Assembly (NCBI RefSeq): GCF_009914755.1
Contig: NC_060929.1
Length of the DNA stretch: 64,000 bases
Direction: 5' to 3' (one strand)
DNA from: the human T2T-CHM13v2.0 reference genome, Homo sapiens
The notes beneath the pieces were generated by a model, which was not told the origin of the DNA, ran no database searches, and was given only the letters and a program-made list of their open reading frames with translations. Numbering within the stretch: the stretch's first letter is position 1; every line of letters begins with the position of its first letter. The position numbers and the translations under genes were made by a program. Shown piece by piece: positions 12,130 through 24,305 of this stretch.

Positions 12130-13680
12130 GTGTGAACCGCGGTTGAGAACCGCTTTCCCAGTCTCAGCACTCAACCCTATCCCACTCTAATCCGCTGAGG
12201 GACAGCATCAGACCGCTCAAACTCAGAGGGCACGCCGAGAACCGCGTCCCTTCCCCTTGAAGCCACGAGGGGGCGCTCCTGCACCGGATTTGCTCATTGG
12301 CCGCCTCTCATCCCCCAAATTTAGAGACAACACCGCAGAAAAGGCTTTCGTTTGGAAGCCGGCAGAAAGAGAAAAGGCAGGGAATTGCCTTTGTATATCC
12401 GAGGGCCGACGGATAATTCGTGTAAACAACAATATCCCTCAAGATGAGCTCTTCGGAGCTTCCTACCCAGTGGCAGCTCCCCGTTTTCTCCTTTGGACTT
12501 GGAAAAACTTCACTTCCCGCAAGGAGAAAGTCGGGGGGCCGGCGGCTGGGTGGGATGGTTTATGGCTTTGGATCTTGAGCAGTTCACTGTTCAAATAAAT
12601 CTTGGTGAGCCATAGAGAACAATCTCCACATTAATCTTGTGTAATTAGCGTTATAACCCTCGGCAGCCTAAGAAGCAGGAAAGACAAAGCTTTATGCAAA
12701 TGTGGCTTCCCTGGCCTCCGCTCCTCCTCCGCCCGGGCCCCTTTCTCCCTGGGCCCCTCGATCTCGCGCCGCAGACTGCGAGCCTCTTTTTAATGGCACG
12801 GTACCTTAAAACCAGTGATAAGGTTCTTGACTTTAAAAATAAAAAATGAAAAAGGAGAAGCAGCGGCAACCGAAGGAGGGGAGAGACGTGTGCAAGCTGA
12901 GGCTATTAGAAGGATTTAGCTTCTGGGGAATTGGCACCTGCCTTTGGCAGCCAGCACTGTCCAGTTAAGGACGGAACCCAACACGTGGGGAGACTTAGGG
13001 ACTGGGAAGTGGCGTTTTCTCCAACCAGCAGCTCTTGGGAGGTTGTGGGGGGGGGGGCGGTGCGGGGGCAAACCCGTGGCTGGGGCGCTTTTCTGGCAGA
13101 AAGGGGCAGCTCTCCCAGTTCGCCCCAGGGACTCCACTCTGCCTTCCAGACCCGCACATTTCCCAGTCAGGAGTCTTGAACCGAGCCCTCAGATGACAGT
13201 CTCTGCTAAGCCGAGACAAGGCCCCACAGGAGGAGGAGGGTGTGAGGAACCCCAACACACAAGTCTTCACTTGCAAAGGTTGGGGAGGGGGTTGAGGGAG
13301 AGGTGCCCGCAGAGGCCGAGGTGCGCGCACAGCCGCGCACACGCGCGGGCACCGACGCGAAGCCGAGAGGATGCAGATCCCCCGCCTGGCTCTGGATTAT
13401 CTGCTCTGTGTTTACTGTTTCGGAGGGCTTTACGTGAAACGAATAAATTCTTACTTGCTCCCAGGGACCGGCTTGTTGTTTTATGGCATGTACTTATTTA
13501 AAAGCCTCTTTTGTCGGTGTTGAAATGGTCCAAGCTCCCAAACCCTGTGCCGGGCTATGAGCGTGGAACCAGCCGAACTGCAATGAGCATCACTGCAGCA
13601 GCAAAAGGCAGTGAAGAGAGGAGCCTTATTCTTTCCAGTACACACACACACGCACACGCACACGCACGCACTCACGCCCT
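12130..13680. promoter_or_regulatory. CpG-rich module 1 (CpG-island-like promoter/enhancer)
   Basis: Abrupt rise in GC and CpG over an AT-rich background; CTCF motif, reverse CCAAT (12296-12300), GC-box-like 'ccgccc', octamer ATGCAAAT (12694-12701). Confidence 0.75.
12262..12278 (+). promoter_or_regulatory. Near-consensus CTCF motif
   Basis: 'gccacgagggggcgctc' versus CTCF consensus CCACCAGGGGGCGC (one mismatch). Confidence 0.75.
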
Positions 13681-14719
13681 GAATGCTTGCTTTTCTTTTT
13701 CACAAACCAGAACCTAATGTTTTTCATGTCTTACACAGGGGGCTAAGGGAATGTATTCTAGCGAATTATACCTGAAATACTGCAAGATTTGAAAATTTTC
13801 TACAGAAAGTGTATTCTGATTAAAAACAAACCTCAATACATATCTGTTTATCCCCCTTCCATGTGTATCCGCTTAGGGTTTATTCCTCCCTTTTCTGACT
13901 TCCCCACCCTCAAAAAGGTAAGCATAATGCCAGGCAAAAGCTAAGATTGGGCTCTTTTAACCCGTAATCGCTGTCGTCTCTACACTTTGTTTATGAAACG
14001 GAATAAGAATGGAGAGAGACTTAATTTAACAGCACAACCAGGCTGTATAAATACAATATTCATTTTTTAAAAGCGAAGTGGATTTGGTTTACTCTGAAGA
14101 ACAGTAATTCAAACAGCACCTATCTGCTCCAGATAGAGTAGCTATGCACATCTATACAGGCAAGTTTGAAATTTAGAACAAGGCTTTGATTTATTCCCTT
14201 TCTATCAGTGATTAATGCCCCTTAATTAGCTAATCTCAAAGCCATTATTTACAACTAGGGCAGACAAAGGGAAAACTGATGATCCAACACTTATGTCAGT
14301 TTGAAATTTTGAAACAACAAAAAGTGCTTTATTCAGAGTGGAATTCTGAGTCTCTTAGATGAATCTCAAAATAACAAAGAAACTCAAAGAAAAAAATAAA
14401 ACAAAAATAAAACAAAATAAATGGGAACAAATAAAACTCCATCTCCCAAACAATCCCAACCGCCACTCCTTTTTCGCAGAAATTGCTGCCTGGCACAATT
14501 TGAAATGTGGCTATTTAAAGGGAAAAGGAATATATCTTCTCTTCATTCCATCTAAAATCTATAAGTTTTCAATTTTAGCATAAGAGGAGAAAGCGTTTAT
14601 AGCTGAGTTTTTCCAAGTTGCTTAAAAGGAAAGGGCTTTGGGATTTGAAAAATCAGTTTTCTCTTTGTACTTTTCCAAGGCGGGGATTTGAAGCTGGGCA
14701 CTAGATTTGCTTCTCAAGA

Positions 14720-15604
14720 TCCGGTGCCTTAAACGTTGGGGAAGGGGCTGCGGGGGAGTGTGGGGAGAGGAGGTTTGTAAGGCGCCCTTTAACGCGGACC
14801 TGGCCTAGGGTCCTGAGGAATTCCTCTTTGAACTCTGCTCCCTAAAGCACCGCCCTCGCAGCAGCTCAAATTCAAGTGACCCTAAAAACTCGTTTCTGGA
14901 CAGAACTGCAGGTCTTCGGGGTCTTTCTTGGTAGGAAACCATTCAGACCGGGTATCCTGGTGGCTGTCGGGGGGTTCTTGAAGGTTCCAGGGAGTCTCCT
15001 CAGGAAAAGGAGAGCGCAGGCCTTGGTTGCCTGATGTTGCAGAGGAGCCTAGGGAAAGAGCGGAGCAGGCCATGTCTGAGCCGAGGCCTGGGTCCTCCAC
15101 TGTGGACGCGCTGCTGGTCGCCTCAGACCACTTAGGTCATCTCGGCGGTTTATCCAGCTCTCTCCCGCTTCAGATTCCGGAGTGAGGAGAGCACCCCCAT
15201 CCCCACCTTCACCTCCATCATTTTTACGAGGAAAACCTGTTCATTCGCTGCATCTGGGGACCCTTATGTGCGTTTGCCTGTTAAGAAACAGAAAATATGA
15301 AAGGAACAATACCGCGGGACACGTTGCCAAGTCGACGGGGGCAGCTTAAGGTGTGCAAAAGTGGAACTGAGGAGGACCTCGAAAGTCCTTCGATCTGAAC
15401 GGTTAGGAAAAAAAGCTTTAGGTTTATTCCTGGGCTCCTGAATCCATGACCTGAAAGGGAACAGAAAAAGGCCTTTGGAAAGCGGAACGTGCCTTCAGGC
15501 AGCACTAGAATGGGATTAGAAATCCCTCCTGGAAAGTAGGAGGCGAAGGAGAGGGAAACTACAGGGGAGTGGAAACTGGGGAAGGAGAGGCAGAGCTCGG
15601 AGAC

Positions 15605-15648
<44 letters not shown>

Positions 15649-15820
15649 GGGGTGGGGGCTCGGGGCCAGGGAGGAAGGAAAGGAAGAGGGTAAAAAAGAA
15701 GCTAGAGGAGCGAAGAAGGAAAAACTAGAGGACCTCGTGTCTTTCGTGTGAAAGCACCCGCGTCCTAAATCGTAGGAACGAGGTAGTCATTAGCGCTCTG
15801 ACCCGGAGGAGAGACGCATT
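14720..15820. promoter_or_regulatory. CpG-rich module 2
   Basis: Elevated CpG; G4 motifs at 14738-14765 and 15648-15671. Confidence 0.55.
15607..15646. repeat. (GT)20 microsatellite
   Basis: Read directly from the sequence. Confidence 0.97.
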
Positions 15821-16689
15821 AGAGAAAGAAATGAACAGAGAACATGCACCTCCCTGCCTGGTTCATTTCGCTTTCCTTGAAATCCCTGGGCCTCAAGGTT
15901 CCCATCGCTTAAGCTTTCCCCATCTCTCCCTCCCCCGCCCCTTCAACATACAATGCACTGAGGCTGAGAGGGAAGGAACGGAGCGAGTCAGGGAGAGAAA
16001 TCATGAAGCTTTTCAGGGTAAAATACAAACCTGCTCATCCAGCTTGCCAACACGTTTTTAACATTTGCATCGACTAATCTGTGAACAGTCGTTGGGGTGA
16101 TAATTTCGTCTGAGAGATTAACCATTCAAGTCTCAAAGTTCCCAAGGATTGTGAAATCCTGCTTGTAAAAATACAGATTTTGAAGTGTTTCTTTTTTCTC
16201 CCTTTCTCAAATGAAATCCCGAGGATGCGCTTTGGACTTGGGGACTGAGGGCGTGGTGGGCAGACAGCTGTTGAATCCAAACAAAGACTATTCTGGATCT
16301 GACGCCGTTTCGGTTTCCATCTGGGAGTACTTTTCATTTCCTTCTTCCCATTCCAAAGGAAAGAAATGGATTAGGAATGGGGCAGTCAGAATTATGTGTT
16401 TATGGCGGACAGATGGAACAGGAGAGGATGAACCTTCAGCAACAAAAGGATCATTGAGATTTGGTTCCTGGGTGTGCAAATTTGGAAACAAAATAACCAA
16501 GGAAGCTATGGGAATACCAAGACTCTAGCTATCGACAATGTTGACTCATAGACGAATCATCTCTCCTTCTCTACTTTCCTATCATCAATCAAGAATTGTG
16601 GCCCCATCTCACAAACTGCCGCGGAAGCCAAAATTGCAGGACATTTTGAGAAACAAGTCTTGAAATCTGCCTGAAACTAACAAAAGCCA

Positions 16690-17045
16690 CCCGCCAGTCA
16701 ACCAGAGTCAGTCGCTCTCTCTCTCTCCCTTTCTTCCCTCCTCTCCCCCACTCTTCCTCGTCTCCCGCCCCCGCCCCCCATCTTTCTCCAGCTAGCCTCG
16801 CCCCAATTAACGCCCTACAGCCAGTCAGCCTTACACCTGCTGGAAAAATCTTGGTGGCAGTGGTGGGAGGTGGTGGTTTTGGTTTTTAGCAGAGCGCGGG
16901 AGCACCCTGTCACACCCTCCTGAGACCGCCCTAGGACCGTCCTCTGGAATATCTTGGAGCCAGGAGCCAGGGAGGCTTTCCTCAGTCCCAGTCGTTGCCT
17001 GTCGCCGCTTTCGGTTTCTCTTCCCTAATAGCACCCGCCACCCCT
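16690..17045. promoter_or_regulatory. CpG-rich module 3 with pyrimidine tract and tandem GC boxes
   Basis: (CT)n tract followed by 'cccgcccccgcccccc' (Sp/KLF-like) and 'caattaa'; resembles a TATA-less promoter. Confidence 0.5.
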
Positions 17046-18139
17046 TTTCTCTGAAATTCTCAAAGCAATTTCATCCTTTGCAGAGTTGCAAAGCTCTCTT
17101 ACTGACTTGGGGTGTGCGGCTTAAAAAGGGGAGAATGGAGTAGCTCGAAAGGGAAGGAGGGTCACATTGAATTCTCCTTTTAAAAATTTTAATTTCATTG
17201 ACACGTCTTGAAAGGTTTGTTTTGGTATAAGGCAAGGCTGCCAATTCCAAATACAAACAGACGGACACACACTGTGTGTATCAGATGTTGGGAATAAAAA
17301 TGGTTTATTGATTGAAATAATAGAGGCATTATTTTGATTTGTCTTGACATGGACGCTGATTTATAGAGCTCTTCCCCCAGTGATTTCTTCTTGTAGTCCA
17401 GACACATGGAAATGATAAAAATCTCACCAAAGCTCACCTTGGTGCTAATCAAGACTGCTCGATGCACGTTATAAATCTGATACAATATTTATTGCTTATC
17501 TGTATTCGAGGGGTTAGTCTCCATCCTAGGATTGTCCCTTTCAAAAAAAATTTTTTGGATGCATCTGTTTTCACTTTGCACTTTCAACGGGCTGGAGCAG
17601 ACAATAGTGTGAAAAACATCTGAAAATATGAGGCGACAGAGCTGCATGTGTGTTTCATTTCTGCGGTGTTAGGGGAGAAAATAACAAAAGAAACACACAC
17701 TACAACACACACGCACGCACGCACACACACACACCGGCCCAGGACCTCAGCACAAAGGGCGCGCTGACCCAGCGCTAACACACAAGACAAATTAAAGAAA
17801 GGGGCAAATCGGAGGAGGGGCTAAGGCGAGGGTCCAGGCATTTCGGGAAAAGATCAAGGACAAGGAGAGTTAAGAAACTGACCGTGGGCCAGGGAAGACC
17901 GGAGAGAGAGAAAGTAAAGTGTCCAGGACTGGAACTCACGTCCCTGAGGCAGGGGACAGTAAGTTTGCTTGTAACACAGACAGTTTTCCTTGACTGCAGG
18001 AAACAAGAAAAATAGTAATCATAAAACAAGCACAAATCCCCCAAACATCAGGGGGGTAAAACCCCCATTATTAGCCATCACAAACCAAAACCCAAACCGA
18101 GTCTTTTCTGCTGAATTGCTGCAAGATCACAAGAGACCA

Positions 18140-19300
18140 AGAGATCCGGAGTCAGGCTGTGAACTTGGGAAAGATAAGTTGCCCGGCGAGGTTGGAGGTA
18201 GACTGAGGAACGCCTTTTTTTGTGAAGGACACAAATATTTGCAGAGTTTAAAGCTGCAGGAATACAAAAGCAGGAGTGAGATTATCTGATTACGGATACA
18301 GGATGTCCGAGTTGTTGCCTCCCAAAAACGACTGCGTAAAAAAAAATAAATAAAAGGCCAGTTCGAAAAGTGAAATTTTAATATCAGTGAAAGCATCGGA
18401 GGGACTCGGATTGAACGCGGCAGCTCCGGAACTGGACAACAGCTGCGTGGTGCAGCCAATCCCGGGGCCTGTGGGAACGAGCGACCGATCTCAGGACCAC
18501 GCGGGCGAGAGCAAGGAGCCTCCCGGCCACACAGCCACAGGCGCTGCGGAACCCAGCCTGGACTCTCCCCGGCTGGAGTGTGCGAAGGGCTTCCCGCCCA
18601 GGGGCCCAGGGTGGTCTTAGTGAAAAAGGGATGGCGCTGCAGCACTGACCACGTTGCCCTGGTTTCTCCATTTCTCCTTCCCAAGTCTCTGCCTCTGTTT
18701 CCCCATGACCCGGAGGACGCGCCTACGGAAGAGACGTCTGGTCGAGGGGGTGCCGGGGAGCGGAAGGGGGAGGGGAAGGTCTCATCCCTGGGACGCTGAC
18801 ACCCCCCTCCCCGCGGCACTCCAGCTCCGAAGAGCGAGCTTCGGTTCCGCCCGCCCTCCAGACCATTTGCTTATTCTCACTATTGTTTTAATTTATTGTG
18901 CAGCCTGTTGCGCCGCGGGCCCGGCTGAGCCATTTGGGGCCCTCTAGATGCCCTGCAGGGCGCCTGTCTCCGGACGACCACCACGCAGGAGCAGCGGGGG
19001 CACGCGCGTGTTTTCTTGTGGATAACTGCCTCGGACTTGGCGGGGCCGGTCCCCACCTGAAGCTCACCTCAGGCAGTCGCTAGAAGTTCCAATCCAATCG
19101 TGAGCTTTCCTCTGGGAGGGACAGGATCCCCTTCAACTCCTGAGGCTGCTCCTCTGGGCGAATCCCACAGTAATTGCGCATTTCTCTCCCTTTAGTGCTT
19201 TGGAAATTTAGAAAGCGCGCTTTCATTTGTACATCGCCTGCCGACAGCCCCTTTGCTGATTAGAGAAGCCTTGTTCCCCCTCTCCACGCGTACGCACACT
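18140..19300. promoter_or_regulatory. CpG island (module 4, strongest)
   Basis: Dense CpG from about 18390 to 19080, 'agccaatc' CCAAT box near 18455, G4 motif at 18746-18775. Confidence 0.85.
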
Positions 19301-21114
19301 CATTTTTAGTTTTAACAAATGATTTAAAAATCAAAACAAACCTCTGAGTCAGTCCGCCCAATTTTATGCTCCATCTCCTCTGTGTATGTGTTAGATTCTC
19401 TCTGCCAATCGATGGGAAAGAGCATTTAGGGGCATTTGCAATTTCCTTTGTCACTTGCCACTCTGTGCGTATAGATTTTACATATCATTTGTTTACCAAA
19501 TCAGTTCGTATTTTCTTAGCCCAGGGTTCAGGATTTTGCGTTTGTGGATTAATTGCCCAGTACCCAAAGGGCAGGACAGTCAGAGGAGCCACCTGATGCA
19601 AGAAGGATCAGCTCACGTTAGGACAAAACAAGGAGGTTGTTGTGAGCCCTTCTGCGGGCTCTGAATTAACTCAAACAGCCCTTCCTAGGACTTGTTAAAA
19701 AGACCGTACCTTGAAGGGATAGTGTGGTGCCTAATGTCTGCTAGCCTATAACTCAATGCATTACAAGGTCATTTTTGCCCAGCCCAAAGAAACTGAGTAA
19801 ATCCAATGTCCCTGGTTGAAGATAATACGTAGTCACTTCATTTCTGGCCATATGGTGCCTACCTGCATTCTAGTCTTGAACAGTCTCAGGTTCCTTACTG
19901 GGTCTCACTTATTGATTTTTTTACTAGATTACATCATAATTTAATATGGCTGAGTGATGTGGAGCTTGTGGATGATCCTTTTATTGCCCTGATTAAAATC
20001 CACACAGTAAGAAATTTTTTAAACGGAGGTTGATGATGGAAGCTTCCTCAATAAGTATCCTTCAGTCAAGAAATGATTGAGCTTTAAATTATAAGAATCT
20101 CAAAATTACTGTGCAAGTGTTTGGCAATCAATTTCAGGTTTTCATGACAACAGGAGCCTAGGCCATAGGATGGCAAACTAAATTCAATGATCACTTGTCT
20201 GCTTCTGCAGATAATCTTAAAGGAAGCTTCATTACAATTCACCCATCAAACAACTGGCATCTCAAAATGCATCAAGAGCTTTGTCTATGTAAGCAGACAG
20301 CACATTCTATGGCATTTGAATTTTATAAAAATAACTAGTTAAAAGATATATTTTGAGGTCAGGCTTAATTTTTGTTTGGACCAATTTGCCTTATCATTTA
20401 TAAAGGTATCCTTAGATGTATGTCGTTACACCAAGCTTTCAGCTGTCTCTAAGGACACATTAAGGTGAGGTGGTGCTGCTGTCTAAGATTCTAAGGACAG
20501 CATTCATGGGTAAACAACAGACAAGTCCTGTGCCCTTACCATTACTTCAGAGCACAGCAGTTCCACTGGATTCAAGGTGGCTTCTTCCTACTCTTGTCTT
20601 CATTATTGAACATAATTTGATCTTATTTAAGATGATAATAAGTTCCCTGACAGTCAGAGCATGCTGGTCAGAGCAATGTCTCTTTCTTGTGAATGAAAGG
20701 ACAATTAATAGGAAACTCTGTTGGTCTTCTATATCGTCTTTGTTAGGATGTGGGCAGAGTGAGTCAATAAATAGAATTTGAAATAAGCAACACATATTTG
20801 CCCTCCAAATCTTAAGCTATAATTCAATATCTAATGGATTTGAGGAAAGAAAAAAGAGGTACCTGGTCTTCTGAGCTGATAGAGGGTTAGATTATAACCT
20901 GATTGAAGGACTGGCAAAAAGAGTAATAGACACAATTGATGGTGTATTTTCATTCAACCACCAGCTAGGCAGAAGAGATGTGGACCAAGGAAATTCCACC
21001 TCAACTTTCTTTATTCTGATTCCATGTTCACCAAGAAACTTTCTGATTATAATTGAAATTGCTGTTTATATCTGCTAAGTAATGGGAATGTATTTAGGTC
21101 TCTGAGATCTTTTT

Positions 21115-21118
<4 letters not shown>

Positions 21119-21176
<58 letters not shown>
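21119..21176. repeat. (TA)23(CA)6 compound microsatellite
   Basis: Read directly from the sequence. Confidence 0.97.
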
Positions 21177-21289
21177 TATATACATACATGTAAACACACA
21201 AAACGTTTTAATCAATGGATTCTGGTCTTAATCACTGTGGTTAAAGTGATTTTGCTCTGAGAGACAGTTTGCTAAGAAGTCAGGTTTCC

Positions 21290-21632
<343 letters not shown>

Positions 21633-21837
21633 TCAGGTTTCCAAGCCTGTGAGATCTAGAATTAGGCATGGCAGACTATGAGGAGCTTTCCCAGAAAGAT
21701 ACCCAACCAACGTTTCAGGAATGGCCAATTACATCTTCCTAGTAGAAATACCACCCTATTGGCCATCTGCCCATACTTCAACAGACAGCAACTTTGCCAC
21801 TGTATTTTCAGTCCTTAAACTTAGAAGTGTTTGAGAA

Positions 21838-22155
21838 TTATTATTATTTTTTAGACAGAGTTCAGCTCTTTTGCCCAGGCTGGAGCACAGTGGTGGGATC
21901 TCGGCTCACTGCAAACTCCACCTTCCGGTTTCAAGTGATTCTCCTGCCTCACCCTCCTGAGTAGCTGGGATTACAGGCGCCCGCCACCGCACCCAGCTAA
22001 TTTTTGTATTTTTAGTTTAGTTTAGTTTAGTTTGATTTAGTGACAGGGTTTCACCTTGTTGACCAGGCTGTTCTTGAATTTCTGAGCTCAGGCAATCCGC
22101 CCACTTCGGCCTCCCAAAGTGCTGGGATTACAGGAGTCAGCCATCGTGCCCTGCT
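21838..22155 (-). mobile_element. AluS with internal (TTTAG)n expansion
   Basis: Dimeric Alu; 'tttagtttagtttagtttag' next to the central A-rich linker. Confidence 0.94.
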
Positions 22156-23949
22156 GTTCTCTAAACAAACAAATCAAAACCTCACAAACGTCCCCAGCTT
22201 TTATCAAAAATTAACTTATCTAAACTACTGTTGAAATTAATTATAGCTTTGGTCTTCACCAAATCTTGGGTTTATTGTTTGATACCTATCACCGTAAAAT
22301 ATCAGGTTCTTTAACATTTAATGTAATTTAATCGGGTGTTCTCTAGGTGCTGAATTCTGCCTTTTAGTGAGTACAGAAGTTTTATTATTTTATTATCTTT
22401 GTTTGTAATTCTGTTAACCCTTTTCTTTCCTCAGAAAAAAGTACTACCAAATTTATTTATCTGCTGTCCCCACAGAAAACTCTTCATCTCCTGATTATAA
22501 AAGTTGTTTATCACTTTTATGTTAGTATTTTTCTTGTGTGGCAGACCACATTACATCTCCTACTTCAAAGATGAATGTACCTGAATTTTGTAAAAATTTA
22601 ATACCTACCTTTAGGATTGTTGCAGGATTAAATTAGATAACCCATGTAAAGGATTTAGCCAATGACTGGCACTTAGTACGTAAAAATGTATTAATTGTTG
22701 CAAGTTTTAGCAGAGATGTCCCCTGGCTGAAAGTTTTAAGGGATGGACTATATTGACACCTGTTTCCTTTGCCTGTGCCTAATTGCTTGGAATTCTTCCT
22801 TCTTAATCACATATTTAGAATTATTTTTCCCTAAAAACATTTCATTAAAGTTGTTTATGTTCAGGGATTTAACATAAATGTAGAGATTGTTGCTTTTGCT
22901 GTGTAACTCTTTTTACAAATTATTTTAAACAAAGTTAAAATAAGGTATAATTCATCATTGATCTTTTGGTGACCTCATTTTTTTGCATGTCTCTGCTCAC
23001 AGATATTTTTACTAACCCCTTCCATTTCTTTGAATCCTGGAGTTAGAAAACAGCCCTGAAGATCAAAGAATTGTAGATCATTGAATTTTCAACTATAAAT
23101 GAATTTAGATATAGTGGGTTTCTAGAACCTAAGCCAATTCTTTATTCATCTGTGGTAACTAAGCTATTTTCTCTTTAAATGCTTTTACAAAAGTCCCTTT
23201 AAAAGTATACCTGAATTATATCTCCTAATTTCCTCTACTTCACAGGGTTTTTCAGTCCTCTTAAAAATGCTTTCCTGTTAGTAAGTAATAATTTCTTCTT
23301 ATATATTGCATACTGGCTCTTCTCTATTATCTGATGCTTCCTTTAAAAAAACAGATCCTTTGCATTTAAATACATTTCCTCTAATTGCTATGAATTGAAG
23401 TGAAACATCCTAGTTATCTCTAGATAATTGTTTATAGATAGATTTGTTTTTGCAACCCATCAGAACTACAGTCCAGTGAGGATTTGTATAAGAACTTATA
23501 CATCATCATTTAAAATATCTCAATTTCGCATTTAAGTGTTACAAACAATATTTGAATGACTATTATTTGGACAAATTATATCTGGACAAATTATCCAGAT
23601 GATTTGTTTATGACCTACCTGTTAAATAAGTCTTGAATACCCTGCACTGCTGTAACTGTGATAACTTTAAACCCTTCCCATGTCTTCAATGAATTTCAGA
23701 GCAAAGAAGTTCTTAGTTTTATCATTATTGATTTTTCCACCTTGAGTATAATTTTTACAGATTAGTCAATGTACGTAAAATGATTTTAAAAGAGCCATAA
23801 ATCAAAAATCTGAGTATTTGGGCTGGCTCTATCATCATAATTTACTGTGTGATTATAATAAACCCCCCAAGTTGTTTCTCCTTATTTATTCATTTGTTAA
23901 ACGAGGATAATACTTCTTTTTACTATAAAGGTTTTGTGATGTGTGTGTG

Positions 23950-24305
23950 GGTGTGTTAGCCAGTTCAGGCTGCTATAACAAAAATATGATAGACGGGTGG
24001 CTTAAACATAGAAATTTATTTCTTACAATGCTGGGTGCTGGGAAGTCCAAGATAAAGGTGTGGGCAGATCTGGTTTCTGGTGAGGCCCACTTTCTGATTT
24101 GCGGAGGGCCATCTTTTCCTTGTATCCTCACAGGATGAAGAGCAGCAAGAGAAAGCAAGCTTTCTTGTGGGCTTCTATAAAGGCAGTAATCTCATTCAGA
24201 GAGATCCATTCTCATGACCTAATTACCTCCTAAAGGCCCTGCCTCCTAATACCATCACATGAGAGGTTAGAATTTTAACATAACAATTTTGGGGGGACAC
24301 ACACA
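23950..24305 (-). mobile_element. MaLR LTR (MLT1A-like)
   Basis: 'ggctgctataacaaaa...tggcttaaac...gctgggaagtccaagat...ctcatgacctaattacctcc...ttttggggggacac'. Confidence 0.85.

Noticed and set aside
12944-13501. 185 aa ORF in CpG module 1
   Set aside because: GC-driven open frame running through a G12 homopolymer; no protein family resemblance.
18630-18655. Possible REST/RE1 site ('ggcgctgcagcactga')
   Set aside because: Only partial half-site similarity with wrong spacing.
18127-18819. Longest ORF (230 aa, - strand)
   Set aside because: Lies in the CpG island where stops are rare; Pro/Arg/Gly/Ser-rich with no recognisable domain, and overlapped by ORFs in other frames.
12130-19300. Assigning a named gene or lncRNA to the CpG cluster
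   Set aside because: No exon sequence I recognise; naming a locus would be a guess without mapping.
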